From positions 3,581 through 67,580 of the forward strand of contig DAOTYJ010000029.1 of the NCBI GenBank assembly GCA_034434875.1: a stretch of DNA of 64,000 nt. Direction: 5' to 3'. The position numbers were made by a program, and so were the translations under genes. Origin of the DNA: Dehalococcoidia bacterium (GTDB taxonomy: Bacteria > Chloroflexota > Dehalococcoidia > JAUQQI01). Positions 47,163-59,393 of this stretch are shown here, piece after piece. Within the stretch, counting starts at the first letter, position 1. Each line of letters starts with the position of its first letter. The notes beneath the pieces were generated by a model. The model ran no database searches, was not told the DNA's origin, and was given only the letters and a program-made list of their open reading frames with translations.

Positions 47163-48097
47163 GGGGCCGCCGCCTCCCGCCGGGCGGCCCCGATGACCTC
47201 CCGGATATCGGCGATGCCGGCGGCCATGAGGTAGGCCGCGATGCCGTCCAGGATCTCGATGGGGGCCCGGGGGTTGGCAAAGCAGGCGGTGCCCACCTGG
47301 ACGGCGGTGGCCCCGGCCAGGAGAAACTCTAAGGCGTCGGCGGCCGTAGTAATGCCGCCGATGCCGATAACCGGGATTTCAACCGCCCCGGCGACCTCGT
47401 AGACCATCCGGAGGGCGACCGGCTTTATCGCCGGCCCCGAAAGGCCCCCGAACCCTGCCCCCAGCACCGGGCGGCGGGTCCGGATGTCGATGGCCATCCC
47501 CAGCAGGGTGTTGATAAGGCTTACGGCGTCGGCCCCGGCCGCCTCAACGGCCCGGGCCACGGCCACGATGTCGCCCACGTTGGGCGTAAGCTTGACGATG
47601 ACGGGCAGGGAGGTGGCCTTCCGGACGGCGGCGGTTACGGCCGCGGCCGCCGCCGGGTCGGTGCCGAACTCCAGGCCGGTCTCCACGTTGGGGCAGGAGA
47701 TGTTCACCTCGAGGCCGGCCACCCCCGGAACCCCGTCCAGGCGGGCGGCCAGCTCGGCAAACTCGCCGACGGTCTCGCCGGCGATGTTGACGATGACGGG
47801 CACGTCCCAGGCGGCCCAGATGGGGGCCTTCTCCCGGATGAGGGCCTCGACGCCGATGTTCTGCAGGCCGATGGAGTTGAGCATTCCCGCCGGCGTCTCG
47901 GCGATGCGGGGGGTGGGGTTGCCGGGGCGGGGCTTAAGGGTGGTGCCTTTGCAGACGACGGCCCCAAGCCGGCCGATGGGAACCAGGTCGGCGTACTCGG
48001 TGCCGTAGCCGAAGGTCCCCGAGGCCGCCATCACCGGGTTCTTGAGGCGCAGGCCCCGGGGATTTCGGGGGGCTAACTCCACCGAAAGGTTCGCCAC
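47159..48097 (-). CDS. pyrD: Dihydroorotate dehydrogenase catalytic subunit (class 1B)
   Basis: [15 protein letters not shown]…, …NISCPN…. Confidence 0.9.
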   Translation of the reverse strand: MANLSVELAPRNPRGLRLKNPVMAASGTFGYGTEYADLVPIGRLGAVVCKGTTLKPRPGNPTPRIAETPAGMLNSIGLQNIGVEALIREKAPIWAAWDVPVIVNIAGETVGEFAELAARLDGVPGVAGLEVNISCPNVETGLEFGTDPAAAAAVTAAVRKATSLPVIVKLTPNVGDIVAVARAVEAAGADAVSLINTLLGMAIDIRTRRPVLGAGFGGLSGPAIKPVALRMVYEVAGAVEIPVIGIGGITTAADALEFLLAGATAVQVGTACFANPRAPIEILDGIAAYLMAAGIADIREVIGAARREAAAP

Positions 48098-48098
48098 G

Positions 48099-48770
48099 TC
48101 AGAAGGTCCTCAGCTTGGCCGGCGACCTTTCGCCGAACGGGTCAAAGAGGCCGATGCCCTGGGCTGAGGCGTCCGGCTCCAGCCCCCGGTAAACGGCCAG
48201 GCCGCCGAGGTAGACGAGGCCGGGGCCTTGGACACCCGCGGCCCGGAGGCTTTCGAGGACCTCGGGATTTGAAAACTTGGCCGCCACCTCCCGCACATCC
48301 GGCCGCCGAACCCTGCCCCGGACCTCGGCAAGGACCCACAGCTCCGCCCCGGAAGGCTCCCGGGTCAGGGCGACAAGGTCGACCTCCACCCGGTCGGCGG
48401 CCAGGGGCGCCGGCGGACTGACGACCTCCAGGCCTCTGGCCTCCAAAAGCCTGAGCAACGCCGGGGCCAGGGTGGCCCCCACCGCCAGCTCTTCCTGCTC
48501 CAGGCGGAGGTCCCGGACGCCGGCGGAAAGCTCGTCCAGAAGCCGCAAGAGGCCGTCGGCCCGCCCCTCCAGCCGGCCGAACCGGAGCCCCAGGTCTTCA
48601 AGCCGGCCTTCGAGGGCCCGGATTCCGGCCCCGGCATCCTCCTGCCTTCGGAGCAGCTCCTCCAGGAGGGTTATCGTCCGGCCCTGGGCATCGACCGACC
48701 GCTCCTGAACCTGAAGAATCCTTTCCAGCAGCCCGATGATTCGGTCAAGGGCGTCGAAGTTTACGGACAT
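48099..48770 (-). CDS. Coiled-coil protein with a C-terminal restriction-endonuclease-like(?) domain, inserted between pyrK and pyrD
   Basis: N-terminal heptad-rich [33 protein letters not shown]…, C-terminal …[40 protein letters not shown]…. Stop abuts the pyrD start. Confidence 0.5.
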   Translation of the reverse strand: MSVNFDALDRIIGLLERILQVQERSVDAQGRTITLLEELLRRQEDAGAGIRALEGRLEDLGLRFGRLEGRADGLLRLLDELSAGVRDLRLEQEELAVGATLAPALLRLLEARGLEVVSPPAPLAADRVEVDLVALTREPSGAELWVLAEVRGRVRRPDVREVAAKFSNPEVLESLRAAGVQGPGLVYLGGLAVYRGLEPDASAQGIGLFDPFGERSPAKLRTF

Positions 48771-48842
48771 CTGCCGGCCTCCGCACAAATTTTACACGCC
48801 GGGGGTAGGGCCGGTGGGGCCGGCAAAGCCGCCCGGCGGCCA

Positions 48843-49583
48843 TTAAGCGGCCTCCCTCAAGTCCCCCTTGATGTCTGCCAGGGCAAAAACGGGGCCCTCG
48901 ACGCAGGCCCGGACCGGTCCCCGCTCGGTCCAGACGGTGCACCCCAGGCAGGCGCCCACCCCGCAGGCCATCGGCGCCTCGACCAGCACCTGGGTCCGGC
49001 CGACCACGTCGGCGGGCAGGGTCCGGGCCGCCAGCCGGTAAAGCTCCGGGGGTCCGGCCAGGAAAACCTGGGCGGCCGCCCCCCAGTCGACCCCGGCGAA
49101 GGGCCGAAGCTCGAAGCTAAGGTCAGGGGAGGTCGGGTTCGCCGCCGAATCCGGGTGGTCGGAAAGGCCGACCAGGCGGTAGTCGGCCCCCAGCCCGGCG
49201 AGGCGGCGGGCGAGGGGGAAGAGGGCGGCCAGGTGGCGGCCGCTCCCGGCCAGGAGAACCGGTCCCCCGGCCCCGACCCGGTAGCCGCGGCCCAGGGGAC
49301 CCCAGACCGTAAGCCGGTCACCGGGCCGGCGCTCGGCCAGCCACCCCCGGCCCCGCCCCGTCGGGGTGTAGAGCAGGCCGAGGCGGCCGGCCTCGGCCCG
49401 AATCGGGGTGAAGGGCCGGGGAAGCAGGGGGTCCAGGCTCCCCGGCGGGGCGCACCGGACCATGATAAACTGCCCCGGCTCGAACTGCCGGGCGATCTCC
49501 GGGGCCGAAAGCTCCAGGTAGAAATACCGGCCATCCTGGGGCCGGCTTTCGGTAACGGTCGCCTCGGCGAGCACCGGGGACAT
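48843..49583 (-). CDS. pyrK: Dihydroorotate dehydrogenase electron-transfer subunit (FAD/NAD plus 2Fe-2S)
   Basis: Start at internal Met MSPVLAEATVTE… and C-terminal Cys cluster …CGVGACLGCTV…; the longer 6-frame ORF overlaps carB. Confidence 0.85.
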   Translation of the reverse strand: MSPVLAEATVTESRPQDGRYFYLELSAPEIARQFEPGQFIMVRCAPPGSLDPLLPRPFTPIRAEAGRLGLLYTPTGRGRGWLAERRPGDRLTVWGPLGRGYRVGAGGPVLLAGSGRHLAALFPLARRLAGLGADYRLVGLSDHPDSAANPTSPDLSFELRPFAGVDWGAAAQVFLAGPPELYRLAARTLPADVVGRTQVLVEAPMACGVGACLGCTVWTERGPVRACVEGPVFALADIKGDLREAA

Positions 49584-49584
49584 T

Positions 49585-52500
49585 TCAGCGGCGGGGACGC
49601 CGGTAGTCGGGGAGGGGCAGAACCGAGTAGCCGGCCGTGCCGGCCTTAAGGGCCTGAACCGCCGCCCGCAGGGTATCCAGGGAGGTATAGCAGGGGATCT
49701 GCCGCTCGACGGCGGCGCGGCGGATCTCAAACCCGTCTTTAAGGGGGGTCCGGTTTCCGGTGAGGGTATTGACTACCCCCTTTACCAGCCCCTCCCGGAT
49801 GACGTCGACGACGTTGGGGTGGCCCTCGCCCAGCTTGTAGACCTGCTGTTTTACCGGAAGGCCGAGCTTACGGATGAACCGGGCCGTCCCTTCGGTGGCG
49901 AAAAGGTCGAAGCCCAGGTCGGCCAGGGCCTTTATAAGCGGGGCGGCCTCGGGCTTATCCCGGTCGGCGATGGTGAGCAGAATGGCCCCCTTGCGGGGCA
50001 GGGCCAGGCCCGAGGCGATGAGGGCTTTGATGAGGGCGGCCTCAAAGGTGAAGTCGACGCCCATCACCTCGCCCGTGGACTTCATCTCAGGCCCCAGGTA
50101 GGTGTCCACCCCGGCCAGCTTCGACATCGAGAAGACCGGGGCCTTCACCGCCACCAGCCGGGACCGGGGCCAGAGGCCCCCGGAGTAGCCCAGGGAGGCC
50201 AGGGAATCCCCCAGGGCGATCCTCGTGCCCAGATAGACCATGGGAACCCCGGTCACCTTCGAAATAAAGGGGACCGTCCGGCTGGAGCGGGGATTAACCT
50301 CGAGGACGTAGACCTCCGAATCCACCGGCCCGGCCGGGGGCCGGCCCCAGGACGGCCAGCGGTCGCCGTTGGGCCGCATGATGACGAACTGGATGTTAAG
50401 CAACCCTTTAAGGCCCAGGGCCCGGCCGATCCGGGTGGTGTAGTCGACGACGGTTTCGACTTCCTGGGGGGTAAGGTGGACGGCCGGGTAGACGGCCATG
50501 GAGTCGCCGCTGTGGACGCCGGCCCGCTCGATGTGCTCCATGATGCCCGGAATGAGCACCTGCTCCCCGTCGCAGACGGCGTCCACCTCCACCTCCCGGC
50601 CCTCCAGGTATTTGTCGATGAGGATCGGGTGGCGGCCGGCGGCCTCCAGGGCCATCTTGACGTAGCGGATGAGCTCCTCCCGGTCGTGGCAGATCTCCAT
50701 GGCCCGGCCGCCCAGGACGTAGCTGGGCCGGACCAGGACCGGGTAGCCGATGGCGTCGGCGACCTTGACCGCCTGGGAAACGGTGTTCACGGCCGCCCCG
50801 GGGGGCTGGGGGATTCCCAGACGGCTTAAAAAGTCCTCGAACCGGCGGCGGTCCTCGGCCAGGTCGATGGCCTCGGCCGGGGCCCCCAAAAGCTCCACCC
50901 CGGCCCGGGCCAGGGGCCAGGCCAGGTTTATGGCCGTCTGGCCCCCGAACTGGACGATGGCCGGGGGCATCCCCTCGTTTTCGAGGACGCTTAAGACCGA
51001 CTCGGCGTCCAGAGGCTCGAAATAGAGCCGGTCGGAGGTGTCGAAATCCGTCGAGACCGTCTCCGGGTTGGAATTTATAATGAGGGCCTTAACCCCGGCC
51101 GAACGGAGGGCCCAGACGCTGTGGACGGAGCAGTAATCAAACTCGATCCCCTGGCCGATGCGGATGGGCCCGCTCCCGATGACCAGGGCCTTTTTGTCGG
51201 CTACCGGCTCGGCCTCGTTCTCGGTGCCGGCGTAGGTGCTGTAAAAATAGGGGGTTTCGGCCTCGAACTCGGCCGCGCAGGTATCTACCAGCTTGTAAAC
51301 CGGCCTTATCCCCCAGCGGGCCCGCAACTCCCGGACCTGGTCCGGCAGCCGGTCGGCCAGCCTGGCGATCTCCTCGTCGGAGAAACCCAGCCGCTTGGCC
51401 TCCTTAAGCAGGGCCGGATTTAAAGGCTCCGAGAGAAGCCGGCGCTCCATCCGGACGATGTTGAGCATCCGCTCCAGAAACCAGGGGTCGATGCCGGTGG
51501 CCTTAAAGAGCAGTTCGACGCTTACCCCCCGGCGGAGGGCGGCCATCACCGCCCAGAGGCGCAGGTCGTTGGGGTGAAGGGGCAGCACCCGCTTTAAGTC
51601 CCCGGGGTCGGTGGGCAGGCCGTTTTTGAGGGCCTCGGCCCAGGCCGGGTCCTCCCACTGGAGGGGGCGGCGGCCGACCTCCAGGCTGCGCACCGCCTTC
51701 TGGAGGGCCGCCTCGAAGGTGCGGTCGACGGCCATCACCTCGCCGGTGGCCTTCATCTGGGTGCCCAGCCGGCGGTCGCCGAAGGGGAACTTGTCGAAGG
51801 GCCAGCGGGGAATCTTAACCACGCAGTAGTCCAGGGCCGGCTCGAAGGCGGCGACGGTCTTGCCGGTGACGGCGTTGGGGATCTGGTCGAGGGTGAGGCC
51901 GATGGCGATCTTGGCCGCAACCCGGGCGATGGGGTAGCCGGTGGCCTTGCTGGCCAGGGCCGAACTGCGGCTCACCCGGGGGTTGACCTCGATGACGTAG
52001 TAGGGGGGAAGGCCGTTGGGGCCAACGGGATGGCCCCGGGGGGCCAGGGCGAACTGGATATTGCAGCCCCCTTCGACCCCCAGCGCCCGGATGATCTTGA
52101 GGGCCGAGGAGCGGAGCATTTGATACTCTCTGTCGGTCAGGGTCTGGCTGGGGGCGACGACGATGCTGTCGCCGGTGTGGACCCCCATCGGGTCGATGTT
52201 TTCCATGTTGCAGACGGTGATACAGTTGTCGGCCGAGTCCCGCATCACCTCGTATTCAATCTCTTTCCAGCCGATGACCGACCTTTCGACCAGGACCTGG
52301 TGGGCCGGGCTGATGATGAGGCCCGTCTCGACGATGCGAATCAGCTCCTCCCGGGTGTAGGCGATGCCGCCCCCGGTGCCCCCCAGGGTGTAGGCCGGGC
52401 GGATGACCACCGGCAGGCCCAGCTTTGCCACAACCCGCTCGGCCTCGGCCACGCTGGTGACCACCTCGCTTTCGAGGACGGGCTCCCCGATGGAGATAAG

Positions 52501-52899
52501 CAGCTCCTTAAAGAGGGCCCGGTCCTCGGCCCGCCGAATAGCCTCCAGGGGCGTCCCCAACAGCCGGACCTCGTAGCGCTCCAGCACCCCCAGCTCGGCC
52601 AGCTCCACGGCCAGGTTGAGGCCCGTCTGGCCCCCCAGGGTCGGCAGCAGGCCGTCGGGCCGCTCCCGCTCGATGATGCGGGTCAAAACGTCGGCCGTAA
52701 GGGGCTCAATATAGACGACGTCGGCGATTTCTTCGTCGGTCATGATGGTGGCCGGGTTCGAGTTGACCAGGACGCAGGTGACCCCCTCCTCCCGGAGGGC
52801 CTTGCAGGCCTGGGTGCCGGAGTAGTCGAACTCGGCCGCCTGACCGATGATAATGGGCCCCGAGCCGATGACCAGAACCTTGCGGGGCTTTTCAGCCAT
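49585..52899 (-). CDS. carB: Carbamoyl-phosphate synthase large subunit
   Basis: 1104 aa, duplicated ATP-grasp modules and a C-terminal MGS-like domain. Confidence 0.97.
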   Translation of the reverse strand: MAEKPRKVLVIGSGPIIIGQAAEFDYSGTQACKALREEGVTCVLVNSNPATIMTDEEIADVVYIEPLTADVLTRIIERERPDGLLPTLGGQTGLNLAVELAELGVLERYEVRLLGTPLEAIRRAEDRALFKELLISIGEPVLESEVVTSVAEAERVVAKLGLPVVIRPAYTLGGTGGGIAYTREELIRIVETGLIISPAHQVLVERSVIGWKEIEYEVMRDSADNCITVCNMENIDPMGVHTGDSIVVAPSQTLTDREYQMLRSSALKIIRALGVEGGCNIQFALAPRGHPVGPNGLPPYYVIEVNPRVSRSSALASKATGYPIARVAAKIAIGLTLDQIPNAVTGKTVAAFEPALDYCVVKIPRWPFDKFPFGDRRLGTQMKATGEVMAVDRTFEAALQKAVRSLEVGRRPLQWEDPAWAEALKNGLPTDPGDLKRVLPLHPNDLRLWAVMAALRRGVSVELLFKATGIDPWFLERMLNIVRMERRLLSEPLNPALLKEAKRLGFSDEEIARLADRLPDQVRELRARWGIRPVYKLVDTCAAEFEAETPYFYSTYAGTENEAEPVADKKALVIGSGPIRIGQGIEFDYCSVHSVWALRSAGVKALIINSNPETVSTDFDTSDRLYFEPLDAESVLSVLENEGMPPAIVQFGGQTAINLAWPLARAGVELLGAPAEAIDLAEDRRRFEDFLSRLGIPQPPGAAVNTVSQAVKVADAIGYPVLVRPSYVLGGRAMEICHDREELIRYVKMALEAAGRHPILIDKYLEGREVEVDAVCDGEQVLIPGIMEHIERAGVHSGDSMAVYPAVHLTPQEVETVVDYTTRIGRALGLKGLLNIQFVIMRPNGDRWPSWGRPPAGPVDSEVYVLEVNPRSSRTVPFISKVTGVPMVYLGTRIALGDSLASLGYSGGLWPRSRLVAVKAPVFSMSKLAGVDTYLGPEMKSTGEVMGVDFTFEAALIKALIASGLALPRKGAILLTIADRDKPEAAPLIKALADLGFDLFATEGTARFIRKLGLPVKQQVYKLGEGHPNVVDVIREGLVKGVVNTLTGNRTPLKDGFEIRRAAVERQIPCYTSLDTLRAAVQALKAGTAGYSVLPLPDYRRPRR

Positions 52900-54031
52900 C
52901 TTTGCGGCCGCTTCCCTCCATCAGCTTGATGAACTCTTCGAAGAGATACATGTTGTCCCAGGGTCCCGGGGAAGCCTCGGCGTGGTACTGGATGCTGAAG
53001 ATTTTAAGGCCCGGGTGCTCCAAGCCCTCCACGGTGCCGTCGTTGAGGTTGATGTGGGTTACCCGGACGGCCGGGTCCAGGCCCTCGGCCGAGACGGCGT
53101 AGCCGTGGTTCTGGGCCGTAATGTATACCCGGCCCGTCCGCAGGTCCTTGACCGGGTGGTTGGCCCCCCGGTGGCCGAATTTAAGCTTGAAAGTCTGGCC
53201 GCCGAGGAGCCGGCCCAGCACCTGGTGGCCCAGGCAGATGCCCATGATCGGCCGCCGGCCCACCAGCCCCTCGGCCGTCTTTACCAGGTAGTCCAGGAGG
53301 GCCGGGTCGCCCGGCCCCGGCGAGATGAGGATGCCGTCCGGGTCGAAGCTTAAGACTTCCTGGGCCGAAGCCGTGGCCGGGACTACGGTTACCTCGCAGC
53401 CGAGGCGGGTGAGGCTGCGCAAAATGTTGAACTTTACGCCGCAGTCGACGACCACCACCCGGAAGCGGGGCCGCCAGTCGGGCCCCGGGGCCGGCCAGCG
53501 GTAGGGGGCCGGGGTGGTGACCAGCCGGACGAGGTCCAGCTCGTCGTAGCGGGGGCCGGTCTTAAGGGCCTCCAGCAGTTCCCCGGGGCGGCGGCCGACG
53601 CCGACGGCCCCCATCATCACCCCGTGCTGGCGGAGCTTGCGGGTGAGGGCCCGGGTGTCAATGCCGGCCAGGCCCGGGATGTTGTGTTTTACCAGGAGCT
53701 CCTTAAGGGTCATCCGGGCCAGGGTGTGGCTGGGGGTCGGCGACGGCTCGTAGACGATGAACCCCTGGACCTGAATCCGTCTGGACTCAAAGTCGAAGTC
53801 GTTAATGCCGTAATTGCCCACCAGGGGGTAGGTTAAAACCACGATCTGGCCGGCGTACGAGGGGTCCGAAAGGACCTCCTGGTAGCCGGTCATGCTGGTG
53901 TTGAAGACGACTTCGCCGACGGCCGTGGTTTCGGCCCCGAAAGAGTAGCCCTCGAAGACCGTCCCGTCCTCGAGGACGAGGATGGCCGGCGGGCCCTTCT
54001 CAAGCCGGGCGCTGGCGTCCATCGAATACAA
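52892..54031 (-). CDS. carA: Carbamoyl-phosphate synthase small subunit (glutamine amidotransferase)
   Basis: …GICLGHQ… catalytic Cys and HGANHPV…. Confidence 0.95.
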   Translation of the reverse strand: MYSMDASARLEKGPPAILVLEDGTVFEGYSFGAETTAVGEVVFNTSMTGYQEVLSDPSYAGQIVVLTYPLVGNYGINDFDFESRRIQVQGFIVYEPSPTPSHTLARMTLKELLVKHNIPGLAGIDTRALTRKLRQHGVMMGAVGVGRRPGELLEALKTGPRYDELDLVRLVTTPAPYRWPAPGPDWRPRFRVVVVDCGVKFNILRSLTRLGCEVTVVPATASAQEVLSFDPDGILISPGPGDPALLDYLVKTAEGLVGRRPIMGICLGHQVLGRLLGGQTFKLKFGHRGANHPVKDLRTGRVYITAQNHGYAVSAEGLDPAVRVTHINLNDGTVEGLEHPGLKIFSIQYHAEASPGPWDNMYLFEEFIKLMEGSGRKDG

Positions 54032-55370
54032 CCTCGCCGTTAAAGATCGTGAGCACCACCCGCCCCCGCAGGGTCACCCCCGCCAGGGGCGTATTCTTGC
54101 CCAGGGAAGCGAACTCTTCCGGCCGGACAACCCAGACCGCCTCGGGGTCTAGGACGGCCAGGTCGACGGGCTCGCCCGGCCGGAAGGTATAAGGGACCCG
54201 AAAGCCGGCCTGCTCCAGAATCCGGCCCGGCCCGGCGGTAAGCCGGGCGATGAGGGTGGGCAGGTCCAGGAGGCCGGCGTGGACCAGGGTCATGAGCAGG
54301 CCGAAGGCCGTCTCCAGGCCGCTGATGCCGAAGGCGGCCTGGCCGTACTCGCAGGCCTTATCCAGCCAGTGGTGGGGGGCGTGGTCGGTGGCGATAACGT
54401 CGATGGTGCCGTCCCGCAGGCCCGCAATGAGGGCCAGGCAGTCGGACCAGGCCCGCAGGGGCGGGTTGACCTTGGTCCGGGCGTCGTAAGGGGGCAGGTC
54501 GTTGGGGATGGGGAGGGTCCCCACCGGCGGGTAGGCGTTGCCTTCGGCCCCCAGCAGCCAGCGGTCGGTGAGGGTCAGATGGTGGGGGCAGACCTCGGCC
54601 GTAACCCGGACCCCCCGGCCTTTTGCCGCCCGCACCAGCTCCACCGAGCCCCGGGTGCTCAGGTGGGCCAGGTGGACCCAGCCGCCGGTGAGTTCGGCCA
54701 GGGCGATATTCCGGGCCACCGGCACCTCTTCGGCGGCGGCCGGCATTCCCCGCAGGCCCAGCCGCCCCGCCACCGGGCCCTCGTTGGCCGAAGCCCCCTC
54801 GGCCAGGGCCGGCTCCTCGCAGTGGTCGATGACGGGCCGCCCGGTGAGGAGGCCGTACTCCAGGGCCCGGCGCATGAGCCGGCCGTCGTAGACCGGCCGG
54901 CCGTCGTCGCTGAAGCCGACGGCCCCGGCCTCGGCCAGCTCCACGAGGTCGGCCAGCTCCCGGCCGGCCTGACCCCGGCTGACGCAGGCGATGGGAAGCA
55001 CCCGGACGACCCCGGCCTCCCGGGCCCGGTCGTAGACGAAGGCGACCCGCTCGGGGGTATCGATGGGGGGGTCGGTGTTGGGCATGGCGCAGAGGGTCGT
55101 AAAGCCCCCCCGGGCGGCGGCCCGGGTGCCGGTGAGGATGGTCTCTTTGTGCTCGTGGCCCGGCTCCCGCAGGTGGGCGTGCAGGTCGATGAAGCCGGGG
55201 GTCACCACCAGGCCGGCGGCGTCGATGACCCCAAAACCGGGGGGCGGGGGGACGGTTCCGGGCTCGGCCAGGGCCTTAAGCCGGCCGGCCTCGATGAGCA
55301 GGTCCAGGGGGCGGTCGAGGCCGGCGGCCGGGTCGATGACCCGCCCGCCCCGAATGAGGTAGTTGCCCAT
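54000..55370 (-). CDS. pyrC: Dihydroorotase
   Basis: …PGFIDLHAHLREPG… metal-binding motif. Confidence 0.9.
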   Translation of the reverse strand: MGNYLIRGGRVIDPAAGLDRPLDLLIEAGRLKALAEPGTVPPPPGFGVIDAAGLVVTPGFIDLHAHLREPGHEHKETILTGTRAAARGGFTTLCAMPNTDPPIDTPERVAFVYDRAREAGVVRVLPIACVSRGQAGRELADLVELAEAGAVGFSDDGRPVYDGRLMRRALEYGLLTGRPVIDHCEEPALAEGASANEGPVAGRLGLRGMPAAAEEVPVARNIALAELTGGWVHLAHLSTRGSVELVRAAKGRGVRVTAEVCPHHLTLTDRWLLGAEGNAYPPVGTLPIPNDLPPYDARTKVNPPLRAWSDCLALIAGLRDGTIDVIATDHAPHHWLDKACEYGQAAFGISGLETAFGLLMTLVHAGLLDLPTLIARLTAGPGRILEQAGFRVPYTFRPGEPVDLAVLDPEAVWVVRPEEFASLGKNTPLAGVTLRGRVVLTIFNGEVVFDGRQRPA

Positions 55371-56362
55371 CAGCCCTCCACCACCGCCCCGGACAGCAGG
55401 TATAGCAGGGCCATCCGGACGGCAACCCCGTTGGCGACCTGCCGCTCCACCAGGGACCTGGGCCCGTGGGCAACCTCGGAGGATATCTCCACCCCCTCGT
55501 TCATCGGCCCCGGGTGCATAACGACGGCTTCGGGCCGGGCCCGCTCAAGCCGCTTCGGGTTCACCTGGTAGAGCCGGATGTACTCCCGCAGGCTGGGCAG
55601 CAGGCCGGCCTGCTGCCGCTCCCGCTGGAGGCGGAGGGGCATCACCACGTGGGCCCCCGCTAGGGCCCGGTCCAGGTCGTATTCGACGGTTACGGCCGGC
55701 CACAGTTCGGCCGAAACCAGCGACCGGGGCAGGAGGGTTGGGGGGCCGCAGAGGACCACCTCGGCCCCCAGCTTCGTAAGGCCCCAGACATTCGACCGGG
55801 CGACCCGGCTGTGGAGGATGTCGCCGACGATGACCACCTTAAGGCCGGCGATTCGGCCGAAGTGTTCTTTAATGGTGAAAAGGTCTAAGAGGGCCTGGGT
55901 CGGGTGGGCATGCCAGCCGTCCCCGGCGTTGATAACCGAGGCCCGGATGTGCCGGGCCACCAGGTAAGGCGCCCCCGACTGGGGGTGGCGGATGACCACG
56001 AAGTCGGCCCCAAGGGCCTGGAGGGTGAGCACCGTGTCGACCAAGGACTCGCCCTTGGCCACGCTGCTGCCGGCGGCCGACATGTTGACCACGTCGGCCC
56101 CGAGGGCCTTGGCCGCCAGCTCGAAGGAGACCCGGGTGCGGGTGCTCTCTTCGTAGAAGCAGTTGACCACCGTCCGGCCCCGGAGGGCGGCCACCCGGGG
56201 GATGGGCCGGCCCAGGATCTCCTTCATCCGGGCGGCGGTGTAAAGGACGTAATCGATCTCCTCGGCCGTAAAGTCGTCCAGGTCGAGGATGTGGCGGCGC
56301 CGCACCGGCGCCCCCGGCACCAGGGAGCCGGCATCGGGCGGGCTGAGGGTCTTAAGCTCCAA
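55370..56362 (-). CDS. pyrB: Aspartate carbamoyltransferase catalytic subunit
   Basis: …[10 protein letters not shown]…, …HPTQ…. Confidence 0.95.
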   Translation of the reverse strand: MELKTLSPPDAGSLVPGAPVRRRHILDLDDFTAEEIDYVLYTAARMKEILGRPIPRVAALRGRTVVNCFYEESTRTRVSFELAAKALGADVVNMSAAGSSVAKGESLVDTVLTLQALGADFVVIRHPQSGAPYLVARHIRASVINAGDGWHAHPTQALLDLFTIKEHFGRIAGLKVVIVGDILHSRVARSNVWGLTKLGAEVVLCGPPTLLPRSLVSAELWPAVTVEYDLDRALAGAHVVMPLRLQRERQQAGLLPSLREYIRLYQVNPKRLERARPEAVVMHPGPMNEGVEISSEVAHGPRSLVERQVANGVAVRMALLYLLSGAVVEG

Positions 56363-56374
56363 GGCGAACCCCCT

Positions 56375-57100
<726 letters not shown>

Positions 57101-57109
57101 GCGGCCGGC

Positions 57110-57138
57110 TTGACATCCCGGGGCCGCTTTAATATGAT
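57110..57138 (+). promoter_or_regulatory. Near-consensus sigma-70 promoter TTGACA-N17-TATGAT for the gene at 57192
   Basis: Seen directly; divergent from the pyrR leader. Confidence 0.5.
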
Positions 57139-57191
57139 TAGCTAGCGCCCGCGGCCGAGGGCCGGGCGGAAACCAAAAAGCGGAGGGCAAA

Positions 57192-58029
57192 GTGGTTCAG
57201 GTGCAGCTTGAGAACGAAAAGTGGGACCTCACCAATTTTGCCAACAAGGGGCGGCTTCTTGATACGGTCCGGGCCGAGGCCGAAACTTTCTTCGGCCTGT
57301 GGTGGACCCCCGAGTACTGGGAAAACCCCACCGCCTCAGGCCACTGGCAGGTCCGGGACCTGGTCGGCCACATGGTGGATGTCATCGAGGGCTACCTGGA
57401 GCGGTTCGACCTGGCCCGGCGGGGGCAGGAAGCCCCGCCCCCCCTACGGCCTTAAGGTGATGGCCAGCCGCCTCGACGAGCGGGCCCGGGCCTTCCGGAC
57501 CACGCCCCGGGAGGAGCTCCTGGCCCGGCTTCGCCGGGACTATGACACCTTGATGGGGATCTTCGAGGGCTTAACCGAGGCCGAGTGGACCGGACTTATG
57601 GTCTCCCACCCGTATATGGGGCCCGTGCCGGCCTGCTGTTACCCGATATTCTAGAATAATTACAGCGTGCACAAATGGGATATCCGGGAGCGGCTGGGGG
57701 TGCCCCACGGCCTCTCGCCCGACGCGGCCGACTTTCTGGTGCCGTGGATGTTCGTCCTCTGGCAGGCCACCGCGGACCTGGAGCGGGTCGGGCCGGAGCC
57801 CATCCGGGTGGGCTTCAGCGTCTCGGGCCGAAACGGCGGGACCTGGCGGGTCCAGGTGGACCGGGAAGGCTCCAAGTATGAGCGGGGGCCCATCGACGAC
57901 CTGCCGACGGTCTTCGAGTTCGACCCGGCCAGCCTGGTCCTCACCGCTTTCGGCCGGATTCGGGCGGGAACCGCCTACGGCGACCAGGGCATGGCCCAGC
58001 GCTACCGGGAGATCTTTTTCTCGATTTAA
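57192..58029 (+). pseudogene. DinB_2 / mycothiol-maleylpyruvate-isomerase N-terminal-like (TIGR03083-type) protein, disrupted
   Basis: …SGHWQVRDLVGHMVDVIEGYLERF… and …SVHKWDIRERLGVP… His-containing motifs. Frameshift in a C7 run at 57438-57444 and an in-frame TAG at 57652-57654 within the AT-rich patch TTCTAGAATAATTACAG. Confidence 0.6.
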
Positions 58030-58037
58030 AGGGGAGG

Positions 58038-58592
58038 TTGTTGCCGATGGAGGCGCCGGTTCCGGTCACGGGCGTCCACCACATCACCTTGGTCGGGTCC
58101 AACCGCCAGGCGGTCATCGACTTCTGGCAGGGCGTCCTCGGCATGCGCCTGGTCTTAGAGCAGCCCAACCTCGACGTGCCCGAGGAGACCCACCTCTTCT
58201 TCGACCCGGGCGACGGCCGCCTCATAACCTTTTTCGTCCGGGAGAACCGGCCCAACGACCCCACCCCGGTCCCCGAGGTGGTAGGCAGCGTCCACCACAT
58301 CGCCTTCGCCGTCTCCCGGGAAACCTTCGACCGGGCGGCCGAGCGCCTCAACGCCCTCGGCTACCCGAATACCGGCCGGGTCGACCGGGGCTTTATGGAT
58401 TCCCTCTATTTCCGGGACCCCAACGGCTTCAGGATTGAACTTTCGGTTTACAAGTTCACCCCGCCCCCGGGCCACACCACGGCTGAGGTGCTGGCCGAGG
58501 CCCACCGCATCCGGGTCGAAGAGGGGGCCCCGGCCATTGGGGAGCGGCACGTAAGGCTGGCCGTCGAACGGCTCCAGGCCCGGCAGGGATAG
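58038..58592 (+). CDS. VOC (glyoxalase/bleomycin-resistance/dioxygenase) family protein
   Basis: Paired beta-alpha-beta-beta-beta modules, VTGVHHITLVGSNRQAVIDFWQGVLGMRLV…. Confidence 0.8.
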   Translation: MLPMEAPVPVTGVHHITLVGSNRQAVIDFWQGVLGMRLVLEQPNLDVPEETHLFFDPGDGRLITFFVRENRPNDPTPVPEVVGSVHHIAFAVSRETFDRAAERLNALGYPNTGRVDRGFMDSLYFRDPNGFRIELSVYKFTPPPGHTTAEVLAEAHRIRVEEGAPAIGERHVRLAVERLQARQG

Positions 58593-59393
58593 ATGTCCCG
58601 GAAGCGGCGTCCCCTTCGCTCCAACATTGCCTGGAGCGCCCCGGACCGGGTTGTCGTCCGGGGCTACGACCTGGCCGGGGAACTGCTGGGCCGGGTCAAC
58701 CTGGGGGATATGGCGTTCCTGGTGCTGATGGGCCGGCTGCCCACCCCCCAGGAGTCGGCGGTCTTCAACGCGATGCTGGTGGCCCTGGTGGAGCACGGGC
58801 TGACGCCGAGCGCCCTGGCCGCCCGCCTCACTTACCTGGGGGCCCCCGAGGCCCTGCGGGGGGCGGTGGCCGCCGGCCTGCTGGGTCTGGGCAACGTCTT
58901 CGTCGGGAGCCTGGAAGGGGCGGCCCGGATGCTTCAGGAGGCCCTTAGCGACGTCCCGCCCGGGGCCGACCTGCGGCCGATTGCGGCCCGGGTTGTGGCC
59001 GGCTTCGCCGAACGCAAGGAGCTGATTCCGGGCCTGGGCCACCCCATCCACAGGCCCGTGGACCCCCGGACCCCCCGCCTTTTTGCCATCGCCGCCGAAA
59101 ACGGCTTTGCCGGCCGCTACGTGGGGCTCATCCAGCTTATCGCCGCCGAGGCCGAGGGCCGGTTCGGGCGGAGCCTCCCGGTGAACGCCACCGGGGCGAT
59201 TGGGGCCCTGGCCAGCGAGCTGGGCATACCGTGGCAGGTCTGCCGGGGGCTCGGGGTGATGGCCCGGGCGGTGGGGCTGGTGGGCCACATCCTCGAGGAG
59301 ATGCGGCAGCCCCTGGCTGAGGAGGTGTGGTTTCGGGTCGGGGAAAAAGCCACCGCCCACCTCCGGGATTCGGCCGGGCGGTCGGAGTCCTAG
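58593..59393 (+). CDS. Short citrate-synthase-like protein (citryl-CoA lyase family)
   Basis: …LVEHGLTPSALAARLTYLGAPEALRGAVAAGLLGLGNVFVGSLEGAARMLQE… resembles the citrate synthase large-domain core. Confidence 0.6.
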   Translation: MSRKRRPLRSNIAWSAPDRVVVRGYDLAGELLGRVNLGDMAFLVLMGRLPTPQESAVFNAMLVALVEHGLTPSALAARLTYLGAPEALRGAVAAGLLGLGNVFVGSLEGAARMLQEALSDVPPGADLRPIAARVVAGFAERKELIPGLGHPIHRPVDPRTPRLFAIAAENGFAGRYVGLIQLIAAEAEGRFGRSLPVNATGAIGALASELGIPWQVCRGLGVMARAVGLVGHILEEMRQPLAEEVWFRVGEKATAHLRDSAGRSES

